A program made the translations under genes and the position numbers. Shown here in pieces: positions 48,902 to 61,084 of a stretch of 64,000 nt of DNA. The stretch covers positions 530,101 to 594,100 of the forward strand of contig NIVC01000083.1 in assembly GCA_002269645.1 (NCBI GenBank), given 5' to 3'. Below the pieces are notes generated by a model, which saw only the letters and a program-made list of their open reading frames with translations, searched no databases and was not told the DNA's origin. Source of the stretch: Macrostomum lignano (lineage: Eukaryota). Positions within the stretch are counted from its first letter, which is position 1. The number at the start of each line of letters is the position of its first letter.

Positions 48902-51204
48902 TCACTTCAAATTAGGCGGCTCCTCAATTCGCAGCTGTTGCCGCACCTCTGCCAATGGTTGGTGCCAATTCCTTTCAAAGTAATAATTTATGGTCAGATC
49001 CGCATCCGAGCCAGTGCGCAACGCGTAGGCCAGGTAACCGCCCTCCTGCAGGTAGCGTCGTGTCTGCTTCGGACGAAGCCGCAAGCTGCCTAGAAACGCC
49101 CCAGTAACGCACATCGGCAAGCCAGTTTGAAATGCTTCAAACCATTTGACGACAACTTCTCCGAGGAAGTCCGTGCCCTGCAAGAGTCGTTGAAGGTAAC
49201 ACAGGTAAAATAGGAAAAGAAGTGATTATTGTCATGGTGTCAATAGAACTCCTTTCCTAGAACTCACTGTGTAATTATAAAACGGCCCTTTTCGGGCTGC
49301 TGAAATCTACTGCACACTTTACGAGCTACCCTAGCGACAATGAATTATTAATCATTTCTCACCTGTCCCAGCAGTACGTGATTAAGGTCGTGAATCTCTC
49401 TGTACCGCTGCATCACGTAGGCCAGTTCGGGATCGTCAACGAAGCACACGGTTCGGCGATGGTCAGGACTGTAGCCGTAGCGGTCGAGGAAGTCGGCGTA
49501 GGCTCTGCCGAGGCTGCCTTCGGGCAGGCGGCGCAGGGCCTCCAGGTCGATGCTGCCGCCGCCTGCGAGGGGGAGACACAAGAGCGATTCTTGAGGGGCG
49601 ATTCTTGAGGGCGATTCCTAAAGGCGATTCTTGAGGGGCGATTCTTGAGGGCGATTCTTGAGGGGCGATTCTTGAGGGCGATTCTTAAAGGCGATTCTTG
49701 AGGGCGATTCTTAAGTGGCGATTCTGAAGGGCGATTCTGAAAGGCGATTCTTAAGAGGCGATTCTGAAGGGCGATTCTGAAGGGGCGATTCTGAAGGGGC
49801 GATTCGTAAAGGGCGACTTTTAAGGGGCGATTCTTAAAGGGCGATTCTTAAGGGGCAATTCTTAAGGGGCGATTCTTGAAGCCGATTCTTAAAGGCGATT
49901 CTCAAGGGACGATTCTTGAGAGCGATTCTTAGGGGCGATTCTTAAAGGGCGATTCTTAAGGGCAGTTCTTGAGGGCGATTCTTAAGGGCGATTCTTGAGG
50001 GCGATTCTTGAGGGCGATTCTTAAGGGCAGTTCTTGAGGGCGATTCTTTAGGGCGATTCTTAAGTGGCGATTTTTAGGGGCGATTCGTAAGGGCCATTCT
50101 TGAGGGCGATTAATGAGGGAGATTTATAAGAGCGATTTTTGCTAAACTTGCGCAAATTTTAAAAAGTTTTTAAAAATATTTTCGTCTTAAATGTAAACAA
50201 AACCACCTTAAAACTTTTTCGCTTTCCAGAAGTTTAAAAGGTAAAAAAACAGGCTGATATCTACCTAGAGCACCCAGGTGATACGTCTTGGGCGAAATCA
50301 TCTTACAGCCAACGCTGAGAAAATTCTGCCCTGGGCATTTACATGTACACTCTTTGTGCCTTGGGGGTTGGCCCTCACGGATGTGAATGGCACGAATGTG
50401 GCCTGGAATCGAACCAGGAGTCGCAATGAGAGTGCTGGCGCCCCTGCTGCTGGCGCCCCTGCTGCTGGCGCCCCTGGTGCTGGCGCCCCTGGTGCTGGCG
50501 CCCCTGGTGCTGGCACCCCTGGTGCTGGCGCCCCTGGTGCTGGCGCCCCTGGTGCTGGCACCCCTGGTGCTGGCGCCCCTGGTGCTGGCGCCCCTGGTGC
50601 TGGCGCCCCTGGTGCTGGCGCCCCTGGTGCTGGCGCCCCTGGTGCTGGCGCCCCTGGTGCTGGCGCCCCTGGTGCTGGCGCCCCTGGTGCTGGCGCCCCT
50701 GGTGCTGGCGCCCCTGGTGCTGGCGCCCCTGATGCGGCTACGCGCCTGATATTTCTATGTCAACTTAAAATGTGTCCTGAGAAAGCCACATTTATGCCAT
50801 TCTAAGAAACACAAACCTTCGACAGTTCGAATGCGCGGCCTCTCCGCCAGAATTCGACGCCCCTCTTCATTTGCCAGCATGTCGTCGCGAAGTCGTCGAA
50901 GCGCCCACTCGCCCGTGGTCTCGCCGAACGCCGAGATCATGTCGTCGCGCCAGGGCGCCGCCAGGCAGGCGACGCCGGAGCCAACGGCGAGGAAAGCGCG
51001 CTGGCCGCAGTCCAGAGGCCGATGGTTCGGGTAGCGGCGAATGTCGCCCAATGGCAGCAGGTCCGGGTCGAAGTCGTCGTCAATGGCGAGGGTGTCGCCG
51101 GGTTCCTGCGATGACGCATTCGATGACGTCATAGGGCGTCGTTGAGAGGCTGCCAAGCTGAGCAACCGCCCAGATTGAGCGAATAGTCTCCGGGAGAGAA
51201 GCAT
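48902..51204 (-). CDS. COQ4: Ubiquinone biosynthesis protein COQ4, mitochondrial, 287 aa
   Basis: Exons 50817-51204, 49363-49562, 48902-49177 (864 nt). Arg/Ser-rich presequence-like N-terminus; PWRDDMISAFGETTG, LPEGSLGRAYADFL, YVMQRYREIHDLNHVLLG (HDxxH metal motif), GEVVVKWFEAFQTGLPMC. Confidence 0.96.
49585..50135. repeat. Degenerate ~15-17-bp minisatellite (GGGCGATTCTTGA/AA)
   Basis: Tandem array next to the COQ4 exon 2 acceptor. Confidence 0.9.
50275..50750 (-). mobile_element. tRNA-derived SINE-like element with an internal 20 x 15-bp expansion
   Basis: The minus strand has an A-box-like TAGCCGCATCAGG, an anticodon-like GCA-CTCTCAT-TGC, and a perfect T-arm CCTGG-TTCGATT-CCAGG (B box). 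The 15-mer CAGGGGCGCCAGCAC is amplified at 50434-50730. The body motif GGGGTTGGCCCT recurs near 7083 and 43833. Confidence 0.5.
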
Positions 51205-51399
51205 GCAAAATATTGTGTTATTGAATCAGCATTTAGTAATGAGTCAATCAACTGTCTGTCATTACTAAAAAGGTCATACTACTATCGGTTAGGAATTGAG
51301 TCATCGACTAGAGATGAATCTTTATTAGGAATGTAAAACTTTTATTGAGCTACAGATGGGTCACGATTGGTCATGAATCATGGGTCATGGGTCACGAAT

Positions 51400-51770
51400 C
51401 ATGAGGTAGATATAAGAATTATGAGGTAGGACATGAGAATCATGAGGTAGATATGAGAATCATGAGGTAGATATAAGAATTATGAGGGAGGACATGAGAA
51501 TCATGAGGTAGACATGAGAATCATGAGGTAGACATGAGAATCATGAGGTAGACATGAGAATCATGAGGTAGACATGAGAATCATGAGGTAGACATGAGAA
51601 TCATGAGGTAGATATGAGAATCATGAGGTAGATATGATAATCATGAGGTAGATATGAGAATCATGAGGTAGATATGATAATCATGAGGTAGATATGAGAA
51701 TCATGAGGTAGACATGAGAATCATGAGGTAGACATGAGAAATTGAGAATCATGAGGTATACGTGAGAATC
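51400..51770. repeat. 20-bp minisatellite (GAGAATCATGAGGTAGACAT)
   Basis: Tandem array upstream of COQ4. Confidence 0.95.
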
Positions 51771-52439
51771 AAACTGAGCATGCTTAAGTGAATTCAATAC
51801 TGAATAAACAAAGATTAAGGTAATAAAAGCATAACACTTTTCAGCATAGATATATTTACCAACAATGGCACAAGTATATGTATAATTAACTTTAATAAAC
51901 AACTTAGTTCAGGTAAAATGACGATTACAGGCAAAGTGAATAAGTGCAATACGCGCAAATATAATAAGTGAGAAATAAAATCCATCAGCTTGTATAATAA
52001 AAGTCTGTAAGCATAGGCAAGGCACAGTTAAACAAAAAGGACGGAATTCATACTACTGAGGCTTAGCGTACTACTTACAAGTAGACTTCCACTTTTACAT
52101 GCAAATTATAACGAAAATAATTCAAATAAAGGAAACAATGACTTTTAAAATAAAAAATATGTGAAATTAAGAAAATATGATCTGAGAGTGTAAAGACTTC
52201 AACTGACAATTAAAATGAATAAATATAATTTATTGGACGGATTAATGATACAAGTATAACCACTATAAACAGCTGCGCATTAAAAACAGTGCATAAGCAT
52301 CGCTTGTGTGTCGATAATATGCCAGATTAATAATCATAAATACAAATACGATTTCGTTGGAAACCATGCAGCTAAACATCTGCTTGACCAAAACATAATC
52401 CTCTTATCAAAAGCTTTTTATTACTCACAAACCTCGGAC

Positions 52440-53265
52440 CCACAAAAATTTTTAATGACCCAAAACTAATGCCCTTGACCCAAACCTATTCTTTTGACCC
52501 AAACCTAATCCCCTTGACCCAAAACTAATCCCCTTGACCCAAAACTAATCCCAATTGACCCAAACCTAATCCCCATGACCCAAAACTAATCCCCTCGACC
52601 CAAAACTAATCCCCTTGACCCCCAAACCTAATCCCAATTGACCCAAACCTAATCCCCTTGACCCCCAAACCTAATCCCAATTGACCCAAACCTAATCCCC
52701 TTGACTCAAAACTAATCCCCTTGACCCAAACCTAATCCATTGACCCAAACCTATTCCAATTGACCCAAACCTAATCCAATTGACCCAAACCTAACCCCCC
52801 TGACCCAAACCAAATTTCTTGACCCCAAACTTAATCCCCTTGACTCAAACCTAATCCCCTTGACCCAAACCTAATCCCCTTGACCCAAACCAAATTTCTT
52901 GACCACAAACTTAATCGCCTTGACTCAAACTAATCCCCTTGACCCAAAACCTAATCCCCTTGACCCAAAACCTAATCCCCTTGACCCAAAACCTAATCCC
53001 CTTGACCCAAAACCTAATCCCCTTGACCCAAAACCTAATTTCTTGACCCCAAACTTAATCTCTTGACTCAAACTAATCCCCTTGACCCAAAACCTAATCC
53101 CCTTGACCCAAAACCTAATTTCTTGACCCCAAACTTAATCTCTTGACTCAAACTAATCCCCTTGACCCAAAACCTAATCCCCTTGACCCAAAACCTAATC
53201 CCTTTGACTCAAACCAAACTTGGCCTAAAATTGATCCCACTGACCCAATCCTTATCCTCTTGACC
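52440..53265. repeat. ~21-bp minisatellite (CTTGACCCAAAACCTAATCCC)
   Basis: Tandem array just downstream of the CEP104 stop. Confidence 0.95.
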
Positions 53266-53364
53266 CACGTAATTTTTATTGATGCAACTCACTGAAAATC
53301 GTACTATCTCATATCTTATCCCAATACGCAGAGGTCAAACTCGAAAAACTGCAGGTCAGCCTGC

Positions 53365-56300
53365 TCAGTTCAGCTTCGCAGCCAAAGATTTAAACGCCGG
53401 AAGGTCGCCGCCTCCGCCGCTGGCGTCAGCCGCTTCGCTAGTGGCTTTGGCCAGCCGCCGTTTCACCCGGTCCCGACAGTCCGGCCGGCTGGCCACCTCC
53501 AGCAGCAGCGCCTCGGCCGCCCGGCGGGTCTCCGCGTGCCGTTGGCTCAGCGCGCTGAACCCGAAAGTCAGCAGAGCGCCCAGGCTGACTTCGCCACCGC
53601 CTCCGCCGCCGCTGCCACCACCGCTTTTAGCCGCCTTCGACGAGGACTTGGCGGACAGGCCGAGCTGTTTGTAAAGCGCGCTGGCCAGCTGCACGCGCGC
53701 AACAGCCTGGCGCTCCAGAGTGGCGGCGCCTCGGCGCATAGGACGAAGGCAGAGATGTACAACCGGGGCGTCGGGCATCTGACGGACCTGATTAATAAAA
53801 AATATAAGACCGAAATAAATTGGAATGCAGCACATCATGACACCTATTAACTGTGATACAGTAGATTTATGACTCAAGACAGTGACTCATGACTCAGACA
53901 GTAGATTCATGACTTGGGCAATGACTCATGAACTCATGACTCAGACAGTAGACTCATGACTCAGACAGTGACTCATGACTCAGACAGTAGATTCATGACT
54001 TGGGCAGTGACTCATGATCTCATGACTCAGACAGTAGACTCATGACTCAGACAGTGACTCATGACTCAGACAGTGACTCATGACTCAGACAGTAGATTCA
54101 TGACTTGGGCAGTGACTCATGATCTCATGACTCAGACAGTAGACTCATGACTCACACAGTGACTCATGACTCAGACAGTGACTCATGACTCAGACAGTAG
54201 ACTCATGACTCAGACAGTGACTCATGACTCACACAGTGACTCATGACTCAGACAGTGACTCATGACTCAGACAGTAGACTCAGGACCCAGACAACAGACT
54301 CAGGACCCAGATAACAGACTCAGGACCCAGACAACAGACTCAGGACCCAGACAACAGACTCAGGACCCAGACAACAGACTCAGGACCCAGACAACAGACT
54401 CATGACCCAGATAACAGACTCAGGACCCAGACAACAGACTCAGGACCCAGACAACAGACTCAGGACCCAGACAACAGACTCAGGACCCAGATAACAGACT
54501 GACGACCCAGACAACAGACTCAGGACCCAGATAACAGACTCACAACCCAGACAAAAGACTCACAACCCAGACAACAGACTGACGACCCAGACAACAGACT
54601 CAGGACCCAGATAACAGACTCAGGACCCAGATAACAGACTGACGACCCAGACAACAGACTCAGGACCCAGATAACAGACTCACAACCAGACAACAGACTC
54701 ACAACCCAGACAACAGACTCAGGACCCAGATAACAGACTGACGACCCAGACAACAGACTCAGGACCCAGATAACAGACTCAGGACCCAGACAACAGACTC
54801 ACAACCCAGACAACAGACTCAGGACCCAGATAACAGACTCAGGACCCAGACAACAGACTCACAACCCAGACAACAGACTCAGGACCCAGACAACAGACTC
54901 AGGACCCCCCTACCTTGGGCCAGCCGGCCATCTCGAGCAGGAACTCCCTAGACGAGTCGCGAATTCTAGCCGCCGTGTCGCCCAGCTTAACCAACAGCGG
55001 CGGCACCAGCCGACAGCAGCCGTAGTGCAGATCGGATCCGGGCAGATTGTGCCGATCAACAAATCCAACTAGCAGAGCCCGGCCAAGCGGCAGGGCTGCC
55101 TCGTGCACCGTCACCGCCGCGTCTTCGAAGCCTCGCTGACAGACAGCCAACACGGCCTGGTAGAATTCTCCAGGCGTTGCATTATTGTTGCTATCGGAGC
55201 CGAAATTGCCAACTAGATTGGTTAACTCCGATAGCGCTTCGGCACGCATTGAGCGCGAAGTTGAGCGCGCTTTAGCCAGTAGGTCAGATGGCAGAGCGCC
55301 GGTGTCGCTGGTCGTCTGGTCGACGGCGGTCTCCGCGCCATCGACAACTTGTTCGTTGATTGCGTCCGCGCTTTTCCTGCCACCAGAGCCCGGCTGTTCG
55401 TCCTCCTCGTTCACCGTCTGGTTCTGTGTGCGAATGGGGGTATATCATCATAGATGTCTGAACCATTAGCAATAGACACCTAAGACCCCTGTTAGCCATA
55501 GACACCTAAGACCCCCACTAGCTATAGACATCCAAGACCCCGATTTGCCATAGACATCCGAGACCCCTATTAGCCATAGACATCCAAGACACCCCGATTT
55601 GCCATAGACATCCGAGACCCCTATTAGCCATAGACATCCAAGACACCCCTATTAGCCATAGACATCCAAGACCCCTATTTGCCATAGACATCCAAGACAC
55701 ACCTGTTAGCCATAGACATCTAAGACACCCCTGTTGGCCATAGACATCCAAGACCCCGATTTGCCTTAGACATCCAAGACCCCTATTAGCCATAGACATC
55801 CGAGACCCCTATTAGCCATAGACATCCGAGACCCCTATTAGCCATAGACATCCAAGACACCCCTATTAGCCATACACATCCGAGACCCCTATTAGCCATA
55901 GACATCCGAGACCCCTATTAGCCATAGACATCTAAGACACCCCTATTAGCCATAGACATCCGAGACCCCTATTAGCCATAGACATCTAAGACACCCCTAT
56001 TAGCCATAGACATCCGAGACCCCATATTAGCCATAGACATCCAAGACCCCTATTTGCCATAGACATCCAAGCCAACCTGCAAAGTGGGCAGCGGAGTATC
56101 ATCGTGACTCAGCGCCAAAACATTCCTCCGATCGGTAGCGCCGCCGCCAGTGCTTCCGTCAATAAAGCCAATCTCAGACTGCCTCTCCGTCCTAGCCGTG
56201 TCCATAGCAACGCTAGGCAATTCAGAAGCAGATTCTTCTTTATTAGCTTCATTGTAGGCTGTATCGTTAAAAACAGGAGCATTAGCCGCAGGCGAAAAAG

Positions 56301-58934
56301 CAATAGCATTAGCCGCGGCCACAGCGGCATCCAATTTATTCTGTATAGCAATTTTATAGTCCTCAGCTAGGCCATAGTCCTCTATGGCTATGGCTTTGGC
56401 TTTGGCCAACTCAAGCTCTGCCAGCTCTTGGCCGGCGGACACAGCGGCACTGATCCGAGCCTGGGGACAGGTTGATTGGAAATATTAATCATCTTAAAAT
56501 TTGCAGGTAGATATATTGGCAGTAAGATTTCTTATATTGGCAGTAAGATTTCTAATATTGGCAGGTAGATGTCTAATACTGACAGGTAGACTTCTAATAT
56601 TAGCAGGTAGATTTCTAATACTGACAGGTAGATTTCTAATACTGGCAGGTAGATTTCTAATACTGACAGGTAGATTTCTAATACTGGCAGGTAGATGTCT
56701 AATACTGGCAGGTAGATTTCTAATACTGACAGGTAGATTTCTAATACTGGCAGGTAGATTTCTAATACTGGCAGGTAGATTTCTAATATTGGCACGTAGA
56801 TTTCTAATACTGGCAGGTAGATTTTTAATACTGACAGGTAGATTTCTAATACTGGCAGGTAGATTTCTAATACTGGCAGGTAGATTTCTAATACTGGCAG
56901 GTAGATTTCTAATACTGGCAGGTAGATTTCTAATATTGGTAGTTAGATTTCTAATATTGGTAGGTAGATTTCTAATATTGGTAGGTAGATTTCTAATATT
57001 GGCAGGTAGATTTCTAATATTGGTAGGTAGATTTCTAATATTGGTAGGTAGATTTCTAATATTGGTAGGTAGATTTCTAATATTGGTAGGTAGATTTCTA
57101 ATATTGGTAGGTAGATTTCTAATATTGGCAGGTAGATTTCTAATATTGGTAGGTAGATTTCTAATATTGGCAGGTAGATTTCTAATATTGGTAGGCAGAT
57201 TTCTAATATTGGCAGGTAGATTTTTAATATTGGTAGGCAGATTTCTAATATTGGTAGGTAGATTTCTAATATTGGTATTGTAGATTTCTAATATTGGTAG
57301 GTAGATTTCTAATATTGGTAGGTAAATTTCTAATATTGGTAGGTAGATTTCTAATATTGGTAGGTAAATTTCTAATATTGGTAGGTAGATTTTTACTATT
57401 GGCAGGTAGATTACTAATATTAGCAGGTAGATTTCTAATATTGGCAGGTAGTCTATAAAGCTGACGCTTATTTTTAAATAAATAAATTTAACTAACCCAC
57501 CTGAACGCCTTTAGCGGCGCCTAGCAACTCCTTAGCAACCAATTGCTGTTTCTCCCAGTCCAACTCTCGGATCAGCTGGACAAGGCGGGGGTGGCAGGTC
57601 AAATCAAAGCCAAGATCCACGTAGGGTGATTGGTAAGCCGCGGCGGCTGCGGCCGGTGTACTTTTACTAGCTTCATCATCGTCAGCATCCAGAGGCTGAG
57701 ACTGTATCGCTAGGGCAATAATTCCCACCTGATTGTATGGATTTCTCTCTGCGTTGCTATGGTTGCTATGCAGGCTGAGTTTCACGAAGCTACCATTGGC
57801 CTCTAAATGGATGGATTTTAATTCGCGCTTCTGTTTGCCCGACTGGTTGCTAAGCAACGCCACGTGACCGAGTCGGCTCCAGCGGACATTGTTGACGTGT
57901 CTAGGCTCATCTGGCGGGCAGTCGCCGATGTAGAATTCGACCTAAGCCGGTTTGACAAATTGAACGTAAATGATATTGTTTTATACTAGATTATTGCTTT
58001 TCACTGGCGCTTGTATTCCAAATTTGGCGCTTGTATTCCAAATTTGGTGCTTGTATTCAAAATTTGGTGCTTGTATTCCAAATTTGGCGCTTGTATTCCA
58101 AATTTGGCGCTTGTATTCCAAATTTGGTGCTTGTATTCCAAATTTGGTGCTTGTATTCCAAATTTGGCGCTTGTATTCCAAATTTGGCGCTTGTATTCCA
58201 AATTTGGTGCTTGTATTCCAAATTTGGCGCTTGTATTCCAAATTTGGTGCTTGTATTCCAAATTTGGTGCTTGTATTCCAAATTTGGTGCTTGTATTCCA
58301 AATTTGGTGCTTGTATTCCAAATTTGGTGCTTGTATTCCAAATTTGGCGCTTTCACTCCAAATTTGGCGCTTCTATTCCAAAGTTGGCGCTTCTATTCCA
58401 AATTTGGCGCTTGTATTCCAAATTTGGTGCTTGTATTCCAAATTTGGCGCTTTCACTCCAAATTTAGCGCTATGCCAAATTTAGCGCTTCTATTCCAAAT
58501 TTGGCGCTTCTATTTCAAATTTGGCGCTTTTATTTCAAATTTGGCGCTTCTATTCTGAGTTTGGCGACTCCATTTTCTGATTGGGCGTATCCTTTCCAAT
58601 TTTGGTGCCTACTATAACAGTTGAGCATCACCATTCAGTTTTTATTACCCCTAGAATGCGTCTGACTCTTACAGCACTATAAATTATTCATAAAATTTGA
58701 ACAAAAAGCACAAACCTTCGAAGCGATGCAGTGTGGATGCGATACCAGCTGGATCTTGCGCACTTTTAGTGGCTCCTCTAAGCCAAGAACTAATTCTTGA
58801 GGATAGAGACAGAATTTGGCACTGAGCCAACCTGTAGACCATGGCGATGGTGACTGAAGTGCAGTGGCTGGATGGCCTGCATCCTGGCTAGAGCAGTGAA
58901 TGATGCTGAATGGGCTGCAGCTGATGCATTGCAT
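53365..58934 (-). CDS. CEP104: Centrosomal/ciliary-tip protein CEP104 (jelly-roll + coiled coil + TOG), 658 aa, apparently lacking C-terminal zinc fingers
   Basis: Exons 58716-58934, 57501-57941, 56077-56460, 54914-55423, 53365-53787 (all phase 0, 1977 nt). GWLSAKFCLYPQELVL, KVRKIQLVSH..IASKVEFYIG, RLGHVAL, KRELKSIHL, NPYNQVGIIAL and KAIAIEDY match the CEP104 N-terminus. HEAT/TOG-like LVPPLLVKLGDTAARIRD and ARVQLASALY. Confidence 0.88.
53870..54900. repeat. Compound minisatellite: GACTCATGACTCAGACAGT grading into GACTCAGGACCCAGACAACA (20 bp)
   Basis: Fills CEP104 intron 4 almost to the donor site. Confidence 0.95.
55465..56070. repeat. 26-28-bp minisatellite (GCCATAGACATCCGAGACCCCTATTA)
   Basis: Fills CEP104 intron 3. 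Confidence 0.95.
56505..57450. repeat. 21-bp minisatellite (GGTAGATTTCTAATATTGGCA)
   Basis: About 45 units filling CEP104 intron 2. Confidence 0.95.
58005..58560. repeat. 20-bp minisatellite (AATTTGGCGCTTGTATTCCA)
   Basis: Fills CEP104 intron 1. Confidence 0.95.
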
Positions 58935-60607
58935 AGTGGCCACTCGTCTGTAAAATGAAAAGAGATAATCATTTTCTTGCCATATACATCTCAGTAGCTA
59001 TATTCAGATTCTAACTTGCTTTAAACCCAGTAAAATCTGGAGAAAATCTATAGAGATAATAGGGAAATTTAGAAAAATAAGTTATTAGATGTAGGTCATG
59101 ATTTTATATATTCATGCTTACTTAAATATAAGCCTAGTCTTTGACTTGGTAATATATTTGTCTATGAATATACTTAATTGTAAACACTTGGGGCCTACTC
59201 ATATTTATATAGATGATTAGATATGACTAATGGGGACATGATAAAAATAATAAAATCATAAGTTTAATAGTTATATCTTCTACACATAAAAATGAAAACT
59301 CTGTGTGTGGATATACAAATAACTTTACAATGGTCTCCCAAACTGTTTAACTAAAGTATATATAGTGAAATTTCAATTTATTTTAAATATCCTACAAAAT
59401 TTATATTATGTATATATAAATATATATTTATCTACAAAATATATTATATTAAACAATTAGGCTATTAATTAAACTAAATACATTCTTATAATATACACAA
59501 TGACAATACAATATAGAAGACCAAGACTGCAAGAGAGTAGAATAAGCAACCATTGCTTTATATAAATTATATGAATTTTTGCTATTGGATTAAATATAAT
59601 TAAGTTATAGGTAGTTATGGCAAATAATAAGCTATGAAGCTAGAGACTTATAGCATAAAGAAAATTATAATGGTTATTCTCATAGTCCCATGCCAATAGT
59701 GCCAATATTATCTATATTGTACTATGCCAATAATGCTTTGCCTGCATAGTAGCAAAGTTATAAGGATTTTTTCAAGTTTATATTGATAAATTAGTTGCAA
59801 TTTTGATAGAATGATAATTTAATTGCTATAAGGGTTTTTGATAGTGCTGATATCAAATTTCAAATGTATGCATATATAATACAATATACATTTTTGAACA
59901 ATATTAGTAAACTAAAATAAATAAAATCATTACAGTGTAGTTAAAGGGCCTAAGAAACTTTGGTGGGAAAATTTTAGAGTTGCATAATTCATAAAGATAT
60001 ATGCAACCTTATAATTCATTAGTTTCCTAACAGATTGCTATATCTCTATGCTTCAATCTTTTGTTCTGAAACTTTTATCATTTCTCGACACATGTTTTAG
60101 CTTTGCAATGACATCTTAAACACATGATTGTCTTTTGTATTTCTTGTGATACTTGCTTCCAAAATGTGTTTGCAAGGGGTGCCACTGAATTCATCTTTTG
60201 ACACACTGTATTCATGCCAATGTTTTTTCTTTAGGACAGAAAATTTCTACTTTAAAATTTTTAAGCTGAATATGGCAACGGCGTCAGATTAAGGAATGTA
60301 TCCCAAAACATAAATTCATTTTTTTAATTATCTGTTCAAAGAAAAAATATCTGTCAGAAAACCCATACATGCATAATATATGCTAAAATTAAATAAGAGT
60401 AGTGGGCCTATTCAGCAGCCATAATTCAGCTGCCATGCAAATAAGCAGGGTAGACCTACCTAGGCCTATTATTAGCACATCACTATATAGATAATATTGT
60501 CATATTATTATTGGCGTGGGAGTGGGACCAAGAGAATAAGCATTGCCAAAAAAATGGTTATAGAATATAAAAGAGCCCTAAAAATAAGTATCATAACTGA
60601 TTATGAT

Positions 60608-61084
60608 TAGGGATTGTAATCCCAGGATCTTAGGATCCAAAAATCCCAAGATTGGGCCTAAATCCTGGGACTAATTTTAATTTTGTTAATATTTTTTTAA
60701 AGTGCTATAATATGATCATAATTCGGCTTAAAACTAGTTTATTATAGTTAAAACTAATTTCCATTATGGCATTAATTGCCTCACATTGCATGGCACCTTT
60801 TAAAACCCCACATCACAGATTTAAATGTGAAATTTATTCCAATGTAAATTTTGATATATGATTTGCTTCTTTACTACTAATTAGTACTTTTATACTACTT
60901 ACTTAAATACATCCCAAGATAATGCTTTTTTGATCTACAAATAGATCATTAATTCTATAACAATCAAAAATGGAAGAAGAAAACATTTAGTGTATATTTT
61001 GCCCTTAAAATTTCAACCCAGAAGCTTAAAAATCAGTATTTTTCTGATCCTGGGATCACAAAAAACGGGATTTTGCAATCCCTA
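60608..61084. mobile_element. Possible MITE with TAGGGATTG terminal inverted repeats (hAT-like)
   Basis: Left TAGGGATTGTAATCCC; right reverse complement TAGGGATTGCAAAATCCC. No exact 8-bp TSD. Confidence 0.45.

Noticed and set aside
50278-50805. Elastin/collagen-like (GAPGA)n ORF
   Set aside because: It arises from a 15-bp array inside a SINE-like element, antisense within COQ4 intron 1, with no supported start or splice context.
56501-58558. Multiple hydrophobic repeat ORFs (ILAGRFL, CLYSKFGA)
   Set aside because: Minisatellites in CEP104 introns.
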